Origin: Mobula hypostoma
Taxonomy: Eukaryota
Reading direction: 5' to 3'
Length of the DNA stretch: 64,000 bases
Assembly (NCBI RefSeq): GCF_963921235.1
Contig: NC_086097.1
Span: 247,196,001 to 247,260,000 of the forward strand
In this document: positions 38,558-51,404 of the stretch, in pieces
How the letters are laid out: every line of letters starts with the position of its first letter
Numbering within the stretch: the first letter of the stretch is position 1
Program-made: the position numbers and the translations under genes
Notes under the pieces: model-generated
Database searches by the model: none
The model's input: only the letters and a program-made list of their open reading frames with translations
What the model was told of the DNA's origin: nothing

Positions 38558-40917
38558 GTGGATATGCAGCTGTGACAGTCTCCGGTTCATGCTTCCTTTT
38601 GGGCCTGCGTTGCCTATTGATGTCACACTGAGAGCTTTGATTGAGGACCAGTTTAGTTGGATTTTTCTCAACCATTCACGTCTGCAAAGTGCTGGCCTTC
38701 CACTTCCACATAAAGCTCTAACTGTTGTCTTTGGCCTCCATACATCACATTTACTTTCAGTTTGCCTTTGGGAGACTCTATTTTGCCTGTGAAAGTCACT
38801 GAGGTCTTCTCTAATGGTAAATGAGAAAACCATCAGTTGTGATCCATACGATTTTGTGATCTGCTTCAGTCGTACTTTGCAGTCCTAGCATGACAGTTCA
38901 CCTTGGTCAGACTCTATGTTGTCCGATTCTGTTTTACATTCGGTAACTTTATGCATTTGCTTAGTTTTGTGTTTGGGACTTTTCATTTGGTTGTGTGCTT
39001 TTTGTTCACCTTGCCTGTTCTCTCTATATGACCTTGCCTATGACACTTTCTGCAGACTTTTTCTTTGAACCAACAGTCATTTGCATCCGGAGAGTATTTG
39101 CCACATTAATAACATTTTTGGCTTTTTGTACCATTCAGGGATATTTTGTACATTTCACGTTCTAACTTCCTGTTCTGTAGTTCTGCTGCATCCTTTGCTG
39201 CAGTCTCTAATGATATTGCAATGGTGAATGCCTGTTCTAAGGTTAGGTCTCGTTCAGTAATAGTCTCTTTAGAGTGCTTTGACTATGCATGCCACATACA
39301 AGCCTGTCCCTTAATCTATCAGAAAGTTCATCACTGAAGTCACAGTACTGGGAATTTTGTGCGTTTCTGCAATGTATTCAGAAAGGTTTTCATCTTTGAC
39401 TGGTTCCTTTTGTAAAATCTAAATCTCTCAGCTATTACCATTGGTTTAGGGGTCAAGTGATTTTGTAAAATTGTAACAGTTCCATCGAATGTCTTACTTG
39501 CTGGGTTTCCAGGGGTTACTAAGTTGCATAAGAGACAGGCCCATTGAGCTAAAAAGTGCAGGGGCTTTCTTTTGTTCCTCCACGTTGCTCTTGTTACAAT
39601 ACAATTCAACCTTCTCGATATATGACTCCCAGCCTTCATTAGTGCTATCAAATTCAACAACTTTTCTGACTGAAGCCATTGCCACGTTATCTGCACTTTA
39701 AATTCAGCGCGTCTTTTACAGTTACTCACGCGTTCCTTTGTTAGCCTCCATGAGAGCTTTCTCGTGCTGCTTAACTCTTGCTGTTTCATCCTGTAGCTGT
39801 TGGTGTGGTTCGTGATATTTTCTGATATTCAGGTTCGTACTTGTTGCCAATTCGTTGCGCCTGTGCACAGCTACATCCCGATTAAATAAAAGCACGCACG
39901 CGGGGAGATGGCTTTAACTGGTTTATTCATATTGCAGCGAGAGAGAGAGAGAGAGACAGACAGAGACAGAGACAGAGACAGAAAACAATGTGCATGCAAA
40001 GGCGACAGTGCCTGCACAGCCAACAGATCAATATGTAGTGCTGGTTGTGGGGGGGGGGGTGGGGTGGTCATTGCTCCAAAAGAAATAGATCCATACATTA
40101 CGGCACCCAACCTTTTTTATGTCATGGACCAATGCCATTTAGCAATGGGTTCATAGACCCCAGGTTGACAACTTTTGCATCGTGGGACAAGTCTAGAATC
40201 CGAGGCACAGACTCAGAATAGAAAGATGTCCCTTTAGAACAGAGATGAAGAGGAATCTCTTTAGTCAACGGGTGGGAATTCATTGCCACAGACGGCTGCG
40301 GTGACCAAGTGATTGGGTATATTTAAAGTGGAGGTTGATAGATACTGGGGGGGGGGGGATCAAAGGTTAAAGGGAGAAGGGGTTGAGAGGGAAAATACGT
40401 CAGCCATAATCAAATGGTGGAGCAGACTCAATGGGCTGGATACTCTAGCTTTGCTCCCTTGTCTGATTAGAATCTGTAGAGTTTCTAATTCTGATCCGTA
40501 AAAATCTTCTAAGTTTGACTCTCAATGAGAACTGGCTTGGTGAAGTGATGCAGAAGATTGTAACTCTGGAACAGCGAGCTTCTGGCCCCTGCTCTCGCTG
40601 TGGCAAGAGCAACCCGCCTCTCCCTCAGTGGAGAGTCTGAGACACCGAAGTGCGGTTTGTGAACTGTAGTTTGATGGACTCTGGGCCAATGCACTCTTTG
40701 GTGCATCTGCTGCTGCCTGCACGTGTGTGTGTGTGTGTGGGGGGTGGTGGAGGTGGGGGTCGGTGCTTCTACTGGTGTGGGTGGGGGTGGAGGGGGTCGA
40801 TGCTTTTGCTGTTGCTTGTGCGAGGAAAGAGGAGCTTCAGGGCTTCAATGTTTCTATCATTCTATGGGGTTTCTTTGTTTTGTGGATGTCCATGAAAAGG
40901 ATGAATTTCAGGTTGTA

Positions 40918-42564
40918 CAGGTGTCCCCTGCTTTTCGAGTGTTCACTTTACGAAACCTCACTGTTACGAAAGACCTACATTAGTTCCCTGTTTTTGCTAA
41001 CAGAAGGTGTTTTCACTGTTACAAAAAAAATCAGCGTGCGATAAAAAGCAGCGCGCGCCCCGAGCAGCTGCTCTCCCTCGGATTTGGAACGGCATTCTCG
41101 CCGGCATTGCTTAAACACGTGTCTGTGAGCAGCCGTTAGCAAGATGAGTTCTAAGGTGTCGGAAAAGCCTGGAAGAGCTCGTAAGGGTGTTACACTTAGC
41201 GTAAAACTAGACATAATTAAGCGTTTTGATCGTGGTGAACGAAGTAAGGACAACGTGAGTTTGGCTTGCGGAAGCTGACGAAGATGATGTTGAAGAGGTT
41301 TTCGCATCTCATGACCAAGAACTGATAGATGAAGAGCTGATGCAATTGGAAGAGGAAAGGATAACAATCGAAACCGAATGCAGTAGCAAACTGAACGTGA
41401 AGCAACTGCGTGAGATTTTCGCTGCAATGATAAAGTACGACTTTAATTTTGAAAGGGTACGTAGGTTTAGGGGATATTTGCAGGATGGTTTGAGTCCTTT
41501 CAAAGAACTGTATGATAGAAAAATGTGCGAGGCTCAGCAGTCAAGCAAGCCTTCCACATCAGCCACAGCAGACGACGAACCTCGACCTTTGACATCGAGG
41601 CGGGCAGTCATAGGAGAAGATGAGCTGCCTGCCCTAATGGAAACAGACGATGATGAGATGACACCCCGGTGTCCCACCACCCCCACCCCCACCCCCAGAC
41701 CGCGGACAGATACCGATTCGCGGAGAACGCAGCGGTAGCCGGGAGGCACACAGCAAATCTTTAAGAAAAAAGCTGAAATAAACATGCTAAATAATTAGAT
41801 GCCACCCGGCACGTAATTGTCGGCCCAGATCAGAGGCGACGCAATCGGCAATCGCCTCTGATCTGGGCCAATGTTTACGTGCTGGACGGCACCTAATTAA
41901 TTAACATGTTTATTTCGGCTTTTTTCTTAAAGATGTGCTGTGTGCCTCCTGGCTACCGCTGTACCCCTGCATGCTTCGCGGATCGGTATCAGTTCGCTGC
42001 CCGGAGGGTGGGGACCACTGCACCATCCAAACTCCGATGACTCAGTCTAACACACCATCATCCGTGTGCTCTGCGCTGTCTTCCCGATTCCGTAAGTGAT
42101 ACTACATTGTACATACATTATTTCTACTTTATATCGGCTGTGTATTTTTACGAGTTATTTGGTATGATTTGGCAGCTTCATAGCTTAAAGTTTACTGGAG
42201 AGAGTGTTTTTGCCAACAGCGCTTGCGTGAGATTTTCTGCCAATAGCGCTCGCGCTTTGTTTTTGCCGACAACGCTTGCGTGAGATTTTCGCTACGGAGA
42301 ACAGTGCAGCAATGATTGTGGAAAAGTATTTCTACTTTATATAGGCTGTGTATTTATCATATGATTCCTGCTTTTACTATATGTTACTGTTATTTTAGGT
42401 TTTATGTGTTATTTGGCATGATTTGGTAGGTTATTTTTGGGTCTGTGAGCGCTCACAAAATTTTCCCATATGAATAAATGGTAATTGCTTCTTCACTTTA
42501 CGACATTCCAGCTTACGAACTGTTTCATAGGAACGCTCTACCTTCGGATGGCGGGGGAAACCTG
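40918..42564 (+). mobile_element. Pogo/Tigger-like non-autonomous DNA transposon
   Basis: TA|CAGGTGTCCCC...GGGGAAACCTG|TG. 41144 encodes a CENP-B-like HTH start (RKGVTLSVKLDIIKRFDRGERSKD), then an out-of-frame acidic C-terminus (DEDDVEEVFASHDQELIDEEL). It is inserted into the tail of a SINE-like element (40550-40917 plus 42565-42612). Confidence 0.87.
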
Positions 42565-42752
42565 TGTACAGTATCCGTTCTCTGATATTGAATGTACTTT
42601 GAAACTTTGAACTGAGCTGGCCTTGACAGAACTCGAGAAAGAAACTACAGACCAAAGATTCTGTGCCAGATGCATTTTTAAACCCATCAGAGTGCTTGTC
42701 TGAGAACAAAGGAGGTGGGCGGAAAACATTGCGGAGAGAAGCCCCTACTTAC

Positions 42753-42921
42753 TGCTGACTAACTGTCCGACACTCAGAGCTGAAGATGAACAGGACGAAG
42801 AGGAGGAAGAGCAGGCCTGACGCACCGGGCTTTGTGCGAGGGAGGACTGCCCATGTGCCATGTGCAGAAGGTTAGCCTGCGACACTGCGTGGCCTACCTG
42901 CGGGTGCTGTGGCTGCGGTGG
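42753..42921 (-). CDS. POU6F2: POU6F2 internal coding exon (169 nt, phase 0/1), Ser-rich
   Basis: tgttctctttccccgcAG|CCACCG...GTCAGCA|GTaagt. Encodes PPQPQHPQVGHAVSQANLLHMAHGQSSLAQSPVRQACSSSSSSCSSSALSVGQLVS plus a split codon (A+AT = Asn), like the POU6F2 SPVRQ-polySer-ALSVGQLVSN segment. Confidence 0.94.
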
Positions 42922-43039
42922 CTGCGGGGAAAGAGAACACACAAACATACGGCCAAAGGTTAGAATACACTCACTTGTTCAGAAAAGCAATTATCAGTTC
43001 TCACACGTTTTCACATAAACCAGATCTAATGCTTCAAAG

Positions 43040-44640
43040 AATAGAATCATAGAGCACAACAGCACAGAAACAGGCCCTTCAGTCCATCTAGTCCAAGCTG
43101 AACTGTTAGTCGGCCTGCACCCAGACCATAGATCTCCATACCCCTCCCAACCATACTCCTATCCAAATGTTTCTTAAATGTTGAAATTGAACCACTTCCA
43201 CCACATTCTGAGAGAACTTTCCCTTAAACATTTCACTTTTCACCCTTAACCCATGACCTCTTATTCTAGTCTCACCCATCCTCAGTGGATGCAAACCTTC
43301 CTGCATTTACCCTCTCCATGCCCCTCATAATTTTGTACACCTCCATCAAACCTCCCTTTTGGCTACACATTTAAACAATATTTTCGAAACAGGATGTGAA
43401 TTCGGAAATCAGAGGTGCAAAGCCCTTGTGCAGGATTCCCTACAGGTTAACTTGAGGTTGTGTTGGTGGCAGGGAATGTTAGCATTCTTTTCAGGAGGAC
43501 TAGAATATGTGATGCCGAGGTTTTATAAGGCATTAGTCAGACCACAATTGAAGAGCTCCCACTATCTATTAAATGCTCCTAATGGCATGCATCTTAAATA
43601 GTCTCTACCAAGGATCATTGGAGACCCCAGTCACCCCAACCACAAACTGTTCCAGCTGCTAACATCTGGGAAACGGTACCGCAGCATAAAAGCCAGGACC
43701 AACAGGCTCCGGGACAGCTTCTTCCACCAGGCCATCAGACTGCTTAATTCATGCTGACGCAACTGTATTTCTATGTTATATTGACTATCCTGTTGTACAT
43801 AATATTTATTATAAATGACTATAATTGCACATTTGAATGGAGACGTAACGTGAAAATTGTTACTCCTCGTGTATATGAAGGATGTAAGGATAAAGTCAAT
43901 TTAATTCAATTCAGCCAAGTCCAGCTCCTGGCCTTCACATGTGGCTCAGCTATTGTGCCTGGTGGAACTGTTCCTACGGGCAGGAGGAAGGGAAAGGGCG
44001 AATTACGGGCACCTTAAAATCAGTCGCTTTGGGCAGAGGGGGGTTTGTCAGCAGTGGTTGGCAGCTTACCTAGGAGAAGTAAGACTCTGATCGCAAACCT
44101 CCGCTACCTTGTGGTTGTACCCACTCATGCAGGAAACTTCAGGAGTAACCCCAAGAAGAAATCCGGAGCTGGAGTCCCTAAGGCAGTCCTGCGTTGAGTT
44201 CAACGCTGACTGGCAACTCCTGCGATGCTGCTGGTACCGAGCTGTATCGGTCTCTGTTGTTCCTTTGGATTCATCAGCTGTGCGGAGAGGGAGAGTCTAC
44301 TACACGGGCAACAGCTTGCTCTCCATATTCTACTCTCCTGGTTTACCTACTGGCTGGCATATCGATACAGTTGGGATTTTTGACCTTGACCAATGAAGGC
44401 CTCAACTTAGAAAGGATGAGCTGGCACTGGCGAGGGTCCAGAGGCTCACAAAAGTGATCCAGGAATGAAATGGTTAGTGTATGAGGAGCGTTTGATGGCC
44501 CTGGAGTTTAGAAAAATGAGGGAGGTATCTCTTTGAAACCTATGGAATGTTGAAGACATAGATAGATTGAATAGCAGAGTAGGCTCGATGGACAATGGAT
44601 TGATTATGCTCCCTTTGCCCTATGGTTTTAAGGTCTAAAT
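43040..44640. mobile_element. Mosaic of CR1 fragments, a Rex-type 3' end (~43610-43910) and an RTE-like 5' region (~43915-44385)
   Basis: LFQLLTSGKRYRSIKARTNRLRDSFF at ~43650-43730; CR1 motifs on both flanks. Confidence 0.6.
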
Positions 44641-44759
44641 GTCAAACGAGGGTGCCAATGAAGTAAAAGATCCCGTGGCAACAGTTAAAAAAGTGCAGAC
44701 AATTCTCCCAATATTTTTCTTCCACTAACACCACCAACAAAAACATGTCATAAACACTT

Positions 44760-45240
44760 GAAAGGAGGGGCACCAGACAGAGGGTATAGGCAGGCGAGGC
44801 AAGAGAAGGGGCCAGAAGGGAGCCAGGGTGGGGAATGGAAAAGGAGCGAAGGGGAGGGGGTGAAATTACTGGAAGCTGGAAAAATTCAGTGTTGATACCC
44901 TCAGGTTGGAGGCCACCAAGATGGAATTAAGATGTTGCGCTCCTCCTGCCTCAGACTGGCCTCACCATGGAAGTAGAGGAAGCCATGGACTGACATGTCG
45001 GAATAGAAATGGGGACTGGAATTAAAAATGTAGACCACTGGGAAATCTATGGAGTGCAATGAACAGTTGATATTTCAGGCCGAGACCCTTCATCAGGACT
45101 CTTGGCCAGAAACGTTCAAGTTGAAGTTGATGTTGACCGTACACTTCCCTCCACAGATGCTGCCTGACCTGCTGAACTCCTCCAGGGTTTTGTGTGTGTT
45201 GTTCAAGATTTCTGGCATCTGCAGAACCTCTTGTGTCCAG
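44760..45240. mobile_element. Penelope fragment (minus) with an inverted terminal segment
   Basis: Reverse GIY-YIG C-terminal sequence at 44880-45045, a minus hammerhead motif at 45065-45100, then a plus-strand tail. Confidence 0.75.
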
Positions 45241-45264
45241 GGTGACAATGAACTGTAATTAACT

Positions 45265-47815
45265 TGGCTCCATGTTAATGGTATTAGTAATGATCTGGGA
45301 AGTGTGGATTGGGACAGGTGTTTTCTGGCAGTAGTGTACTTGGTAAGTGGGAGGCCTTCAAAAGCAAGATTTTGAGAGTACATACAGTAGCTTGTATATG
45401 CCTGAAGAATAAAACGTAAAGATAACAAGTGTAGGGGATGCTGGTTTTCAAGAGATATTGAAGCCCTGGTTAAGAGAAAAAAAGAGGTGCATAGCAGGTA
45501 GGAACAAATGAGGTGTTTATGGGGTATAAGAAATGCAAGGAAACACTTAAGAAAGAAATCAAGAGAGCTAAAAGAAGGCATGAAGTTGCTCTAGCAGACA
45601 AAGTGAAGGAGAATCCTAAGGGGTTCAACAGATTTGTTAAGAGCAAAAGGATTTCTAGATTTACTAGAATGTTACCTGGGTTTCATCTCCTAAGTTACAG
45701 AGAAAGGTTGAACAAGTTGGATCTTTATTCTTTGGCGCGTAGAAGGTTGAGGGGGGACTTGATAGAGGAATGTAAAATTATGAGGGGGATTGATAGAGTT
45801 GACGTGGATAGACTTTTTCCATTGAGAGTGGGGGAGATTCAAACAAGAGGACCTGAGTTGAGAGTTAAAGGGTAAAAGTTTAGGAGTAACATGAGGGGGA
45901 ACTTCTTTACTCAGAGAGTGGTAGCTGTATGGAATGAGCTTCTAGCAGAAGTGGTTGAGGCAGGTTCGATGTTGTCGTTTAAAGTAAATTGGATAGATAT
46001 ATGGACAGGAAGGGAATGGAGGGTTATGGGCCGAGTGCAGGTCGGTGGGACTAGGTGAGAGTAAGAGTTCGGCACGGACTAGAAGGACCGAGATGGCCTG
46101 TTTCCGTGCTGTAATTGTTATATGGTTATATGGTTTATATGATTGCAGGAGATAAAATTGGTCCTCTGGAAGACTAGAATGGTAATCTGTGTGTGGAGCC
46201 AAGGCAGATGGGGGAGATCTTAAATTATTTTTTTGCATCTGTATTTACTCAGAATGTGGACGCAGAATCTATTGAAGTGAAGCAAAGTGGCATCGACTTC
46301 ATGGACCCTGTACAGATTACAGAAGAGGAGATGTTTGCTATCTTGAGGCAAATCAAGGTGGATAAATCCCCAGGACCTGACAAGGTGTTCACTCAGACCC
46401 CACGGGAGGCCTTCATGGACCCTGTACAGATTACAGAAGAGGAGATGTTTGCTATCTTGAGGCAAATCAGGGTGGATAAATCCCCAGGACCTGATAAGGT
46501 GCTCCCTCAGACCCCACGGGAGGCAAGTGCATAACTTGCCAGGGCCCGAGCAGTGATATTTAAAACACCCTTAGCGACAGGGGAGGATTGAAGTGTAGGC
46601 AATATTGTTCTGCTGTTTCAAAAAGGCACTAAACAGACACCAGGAAATTATCAGCTGGTGAGTCAGTTGTGGGAAAGTTATTGGAAGATATTCTAAGGGA
46701 CTGGATATATAAGTATTTGGATAGACATGGACTGATTAAGGATAGTCAGTGTGGCTTTGTGCATGGCTGGTCATGTCTAACCAATCTTATAGAGTTTTTT
46801 GAGAAAGTTACTAGGAAAGTGGATGAAGGCAAGGCAGTGGATGTTGTCTACATGGACTTTAGCAAGGCATTTGACAAGGTCTCACATGGGAAGTTGGTCA
46901 GAAAGGTTCAGTCGCTCGGCATTCAGGATGAGGTAGCAAATTGGATTAGACATTGGCTTTGTGGGAGAAGCCAGAGAGCAATAATAGATGGTTGCCTCTC
47001 TGACTGGAGGCTTGTGACTAGTGGAGTGCCGCAGGGATCGGTGCTGGGTCCTTTGTTGTTTGTCATCAATATCAATGATCCAGATGATAGTGTGGTTAAC
47101 TGGATCAGCAAATTTGCAATGACACAACCAGATTAGGGGTGCAGTAGACAGCGAGGAATTCTACCATGGCTTGCAGAGGGATCTGCATCAGCTGGGAAAA
47201 TGGGCTGAAAAATGACAGATGGAATTTAATGCTGACAAGTGTGAGGTTTTGCACTTTGGTCGGCCCAACCAGGGTAGGTCTTACACAGTGAACAGTAGGG
47301 CACTGGGGAGTGTGGTAGAACAAAAGAATCTGGGAGGTCCAGAATTCGTTGAAAGAGGCGTCACAGGTAGATAGTGTCATAAAGAAGGCTTTTGGCACAT
47401 TGGCCTTCATTAATCAAAGTATTAAGTACAGGAGATGGGATGTTATGTTGAAGTTGTATAAGACATTGATGAGGCCCAATTTAGAGTATTATGTGTAGTT
47501 TTGGTCACCTACAGAAAAGGTGTAAATACGGTTGGAAGAATACAGAAAAATGTACAAGGATGTTCCCGGGTCTGGGGGACCTGAGTTATAAGGAAAAACT
47601 GAATAGGTTAAGACCTTATTCCTTGGAATATAGATAACTGAGGGGAGATAGAGGTATACAAAGTTATGAGTGGTATAGATACAGTAAATACAAGCAGGCT
47701 TTTTCTACTGAGGTTGGGTGGAACAACAACCAGAGGTCATAGGTTAAGGGTGAAAGGTGAAAAGTTTAAGGGGAACATGAGGGGAAACCTCTTCATTCAG
47801 AGGGTGCTGAGATTG
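45265..47815 (+). mobile_element. CR1 LINE with a nested CR1 3' end (~45655-46140) and a 114-bp tandem duplication
   Basis: RT ORF 46669-47136; the duplication spans 46297-46410 and 46411-46523. Confidence 0.88.
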
Positions 47816-48962
47816 TTGTGAAATGTCGAGGAATTTGTTGTTTTGAGGCAAGAGTACAGTGCGATACATTATAATTTACAGTAAGAAATACAAAAAATAA
47901 GCCAACATCATCATCATTTTGTGCCATGTCATATGACGTAGATGATCATGGTGATTATGATTGTCCTTGGCAAATTTTTCTGCAGAGGTGACTTGCCATT
48001 GCCAGCGTCTTTACAAGATGGGTGACCCCCAATCATTATCAATACTCCTCAGAGATTGTCTGCCTGGCATCAGTGGTCGCATAACCAGGACTTGTGATCT
48101 GCACCAGCTGCTCATACGACCATCCACCACCTGCTCCCGTGGCTCTATGTGACCCTGATCGAAGGGACTAAGCAGGTGCTACACCTTGTCCAAGGGTGAC
48201 CTGCAGGCCAGCGGAAGGAAGAAGCACCTTACACCTCCTTTGGTAGAGACGTATTTCCACCCCACCACCCAAAAGAAAGGTAAGTAGTGCAAAAGGAGTG
48301 GATAACCTGATATCGTACATTATGTGCTCCCTGAGGGGCACTTTGACCCTTCCTTCCTTCTGGCATTAGATACTCAGTTCATTGGACAAAGGTTGCAGAC
48401 TCAAGCCAAAAATTAAGAGGGCATGGAATTTACATCCTTCCCTGCTTGTTCAGTCTGCCTTTCCAATGAATGAGGTTCAATCTGCCTTTCTTCTGCATGA
48501 ACCCACTCTCTCCTGCCATTCTCCCGTCACTCCCAAAGTTCAAAGTTCAAATATTCTCCCTTCACTCCCAAAGTTCAAAGTTCAGAGTATCTAAGTATGT
48601 ATATGTCACAATATACAACCCTGACATTCATTTTCTTGTGGGCATACACAGTAAACACAAGTAACACAATAGAATCAATGAAAGACCGTACCTAACAGGC
48701 CGGGCAAACAACCAATGTGGAAGAAAAACACAACGATCTGTGCAATTACAAAAGAGAATGAATAAATAATTAAACAAATGAATGAATGAATAAATAAGTA
48801 TCAGTAACATGAGATGAAGACCCTTGAAAGTGAGTCCACAGGTTGGGAGAACAGTTCAGAGATGTGGCAAGTAAAGTTCAGTGAAGTTATTCCCTCTGGT
48901 TTAAGAGCCTGATGGTTGAGAGGTAATAACTTTTCCTGAAACTGGTAGCGAGGGTCCTGAGG

Positions 48963-50130
48963 CTAGTGCAGTGAATGTGATCTATATGGATTTTAGTAAG
49001 GCATTTGACAAGGTTCCACAGCGTAGGCTTATTCAGAAAGTCAGAAGGCATGGGATCCAGGGAAGTTTGGCCAGGTGGATTCAGAATTGGCTTGCCTGCA
49101 GAAGGCAGAGGGTTGTGGTGGAGGGAGTACATTCAGATTGGAGGATTGTGACTAGTGGTGTCCCACAAGGATCTGTTCCGGGACCTCTACTTTTCATGAT
49201 TTTTATTAATGACCTGGATGTGGAGGTAGAAGGGTGGGTTGGCAAGTTTGCAGATGACACAAAGGTTGGTGGTGTTGCAGATAGTGTAGAGGATTGTCGA
49301 AGATTGCAGAGAGACATTGACAGGATGTAGAAGTGGGCTGAGAAGTGGCAGATGGAGTTCAACCTGGAGAAGTGTGAGGTGGTACACTTTGAAAGGACAA
49401 ACTCCGAGGCAGAGTACAAAGTAAATGGCAGGATACTTGGTAGTGTGGAGCAGCAGAGGGATCTGGGGGTATATGTCCACAGATCCCTGAAAGTTGCCTC
49501 ACAGGTAGATAGGGTAGTTAAGAAAGCTTATGGGGTGTTAGCTTTCATAAGTCAAGGGGTAGAGTTTAAGAGTCGCAATGTAATGATGCAGCTCTGTAAA
49601 ACTCTGGTTAGGCCACACTTGGAGTACTGTGTCCAGTTCTGGTCGCCTCACTATAGGAAGGATGTGGAAGCATTGGAAAGGGATAGAGGAGATTTACCAG
49701 GATGCTGCCTGGTTTAGAGAGTGTGCATTATGATCAGAGATTAAGGGAGCTAGGGCTTTACTCTTTGGACAGAAGGAGGATGAGAGGAGACATGATAGAG
49801 GTGTACAAGATAATAAGAGGAATAGATAGAGTGGATAGCCAGCGCCTCTTCCCCAGGGCACCACTGCTCAATACAAGAGGACATGGCTTTAAGGTAAGGG
49901 GTGGGAAGTTCAAGGGGGATATTAGAGGAAGGTTTTTTACTCAGAGAGTGATTGGTGCGTGGAATGCACTGCCTGAGTCAGTGGTGGAGGCAGATATACT
50001 AGTGAAGTTTAGAGACTACTGGACAGGTATATGGAGGAATTTAAAGTGGGGGGTTATATGGGAGGCAGGGTTTGAGGGTCGGCACAACATTGTGGGCCGA
50101 AGGGCCTGTAATGTGCTGTACTGTAATGTG
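48963..50130 (+). mobile_element. Young CR1 subfamily copy (RT to 3' end)
   Basis: ORFs 48971-50217, near-identical by eye to 16085-16950. Confidence 0.93.
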
Positions 50131-51404
50131 CTGTACTGCGTCATACTAGAGTGGTGGGTGAATGTTGCCAAAATGGTGGTAGAGGCAGATACCTTAGGGA
50201 CATTTAAGGGACTCTGACAGGCACATGGATGAAAGTAAAATGGAGGGAAAAGTTTGATTGATTCTAGAGTAGGTTAAAAGACTGAGACAACCTTCTGGGC
50301 CAAAAGCACCCACCACTCTCTGTGTAAAGAGCTTAACTCTGACATCCCACTTATACTTTCCCCCATAGCCTTAAAATCATACCCCTCTCATATTAACCAT
50401 TTTTGCCCTGAGAAAAGTCCTTGCCCGAACTGTGCTGCAATTTCCTATGCTCTGTGTTGTATATTCTTTGGTCCAGACAGCCAGCTCTCTGCTTGGGATT
50501 TCTCTTCCCAGAGATGCAGACTGACCTGCTGGGCATTTCCAGCATCTTCTGCTCTGTTTTAGAACATAAGGGCAGTAGTGTGGAGATACGTCTCTACCAA
50601 AGGAGTGTAAGGCGCTTCTTCCCTCTGCTAGCCTGCAGGTCACCCTTGGGCAAGGTGTAGACCCCCCGATCAGGGTCACGTGAAGCCATGGAAGCAGGTG
50701 GTGAATGATCGTATGAGCAGCTGGTGCTTATCACAAATCCTGGTTATGTGACCACTGACACCGGTTAGACTATCTCTGAAGAGTATTGATAATGGCTGGG
50801 ATCACCCGTCTTGTAAAGACACTGCCCAGAAGAAGGCAATGGCAAACCACTTCTGTAGAAAAATTTGCCAAGAACTATCATGGTTATGAAAAGAGCAAGA
50901 TTGCCTGTGTCATTTGGCGTGGCAGATAACTTTGGGAAAAGGACTGTGACTGTTCACCTTATTCATGTCCCTCATGATGTTTCAAACTTCTAAAAGGTCA
51001 GCCCTCAGAATCCTCCAACCCCAGGGAAAACAGTCCTAGCCTACCTGTGTAACTCAAATCTTCCTGTCCCACCATCTTTTCTTTTCTGTACTCTCTTTGG
51101 CTTAATCCTATCGTACGGTGACCAGAAATACACACAATATTCCAGCTGTGGTCTCAGCAATATCAGCAACATGACGTCCCAGACTTATTCTCAATGCAAC
51201 CTCTGTCATCACTTTGTCCGCTTGTGTCACCTGACTGTACATAGATATACAACCAAATGAAGCAATGTTTCTGTGGACCACGGTGCACCCACAAAACAGA
51301 TATCACACACAGCACATACACCAAAACATTGCCACAAATAAGTTAATAAAATATAATTAAAGTGAAGGTAGTGAGCAGCGCAGTAAACTGCACAGTAAAT
51401 TTAA

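Larger units (their letters stand above)
33467..40102 (-). mobile_element. Decayed Gypsy/Ty3 (Mag-like) LTR retrotransposon with both LTRs
   Basis: LTRs at 33467-33689 and 39853-40102; TSD GCGCC/GCACC; PPT AAAGGGGGGAAAG next to 33690; PBS TGGCAACAAG ending at 39849. Gag MASVRKVVEFDSTNEGWESYIEKVE, RT CYLDDIIVTG, plus RNase H and integrase remnants. Confidence 0.92.
33457..40178. mobile_element. Short hAT-like MITE split by the Gypsy insertion, itself inside a CR1 3' fragment
   Basis: Removing the Gypsy gives CAGGGGCGCCCAACCTTTTT...CCCCAGGTTGACAAC, resembling Charlie-type TIRs. CR1 sequence continues on both sides (~33215-33455 and ~40180-40470). Confidence 0.55.

Noticed and set aside
37839..38675. 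278-aa ORF as a fusion gene
   Set aside because: It is a chance read-through from decayed Gypsy sequence into a nested 5'-truncated CR1.
41340..41738. 132-aa ORF as a domesticated Tigger (TIGD-like) gene
   Set aside because: The DDE domain is deleted, the HTH start is out of frame, and TIRs are still present, so it is a non-autonomous element.
43915..44385. HDV-like ribozyme in the RTE-like 5' region
   Set aside because: Plausible for RTE elements in general, but I could not assemble the nested double pseudoknot by eye.
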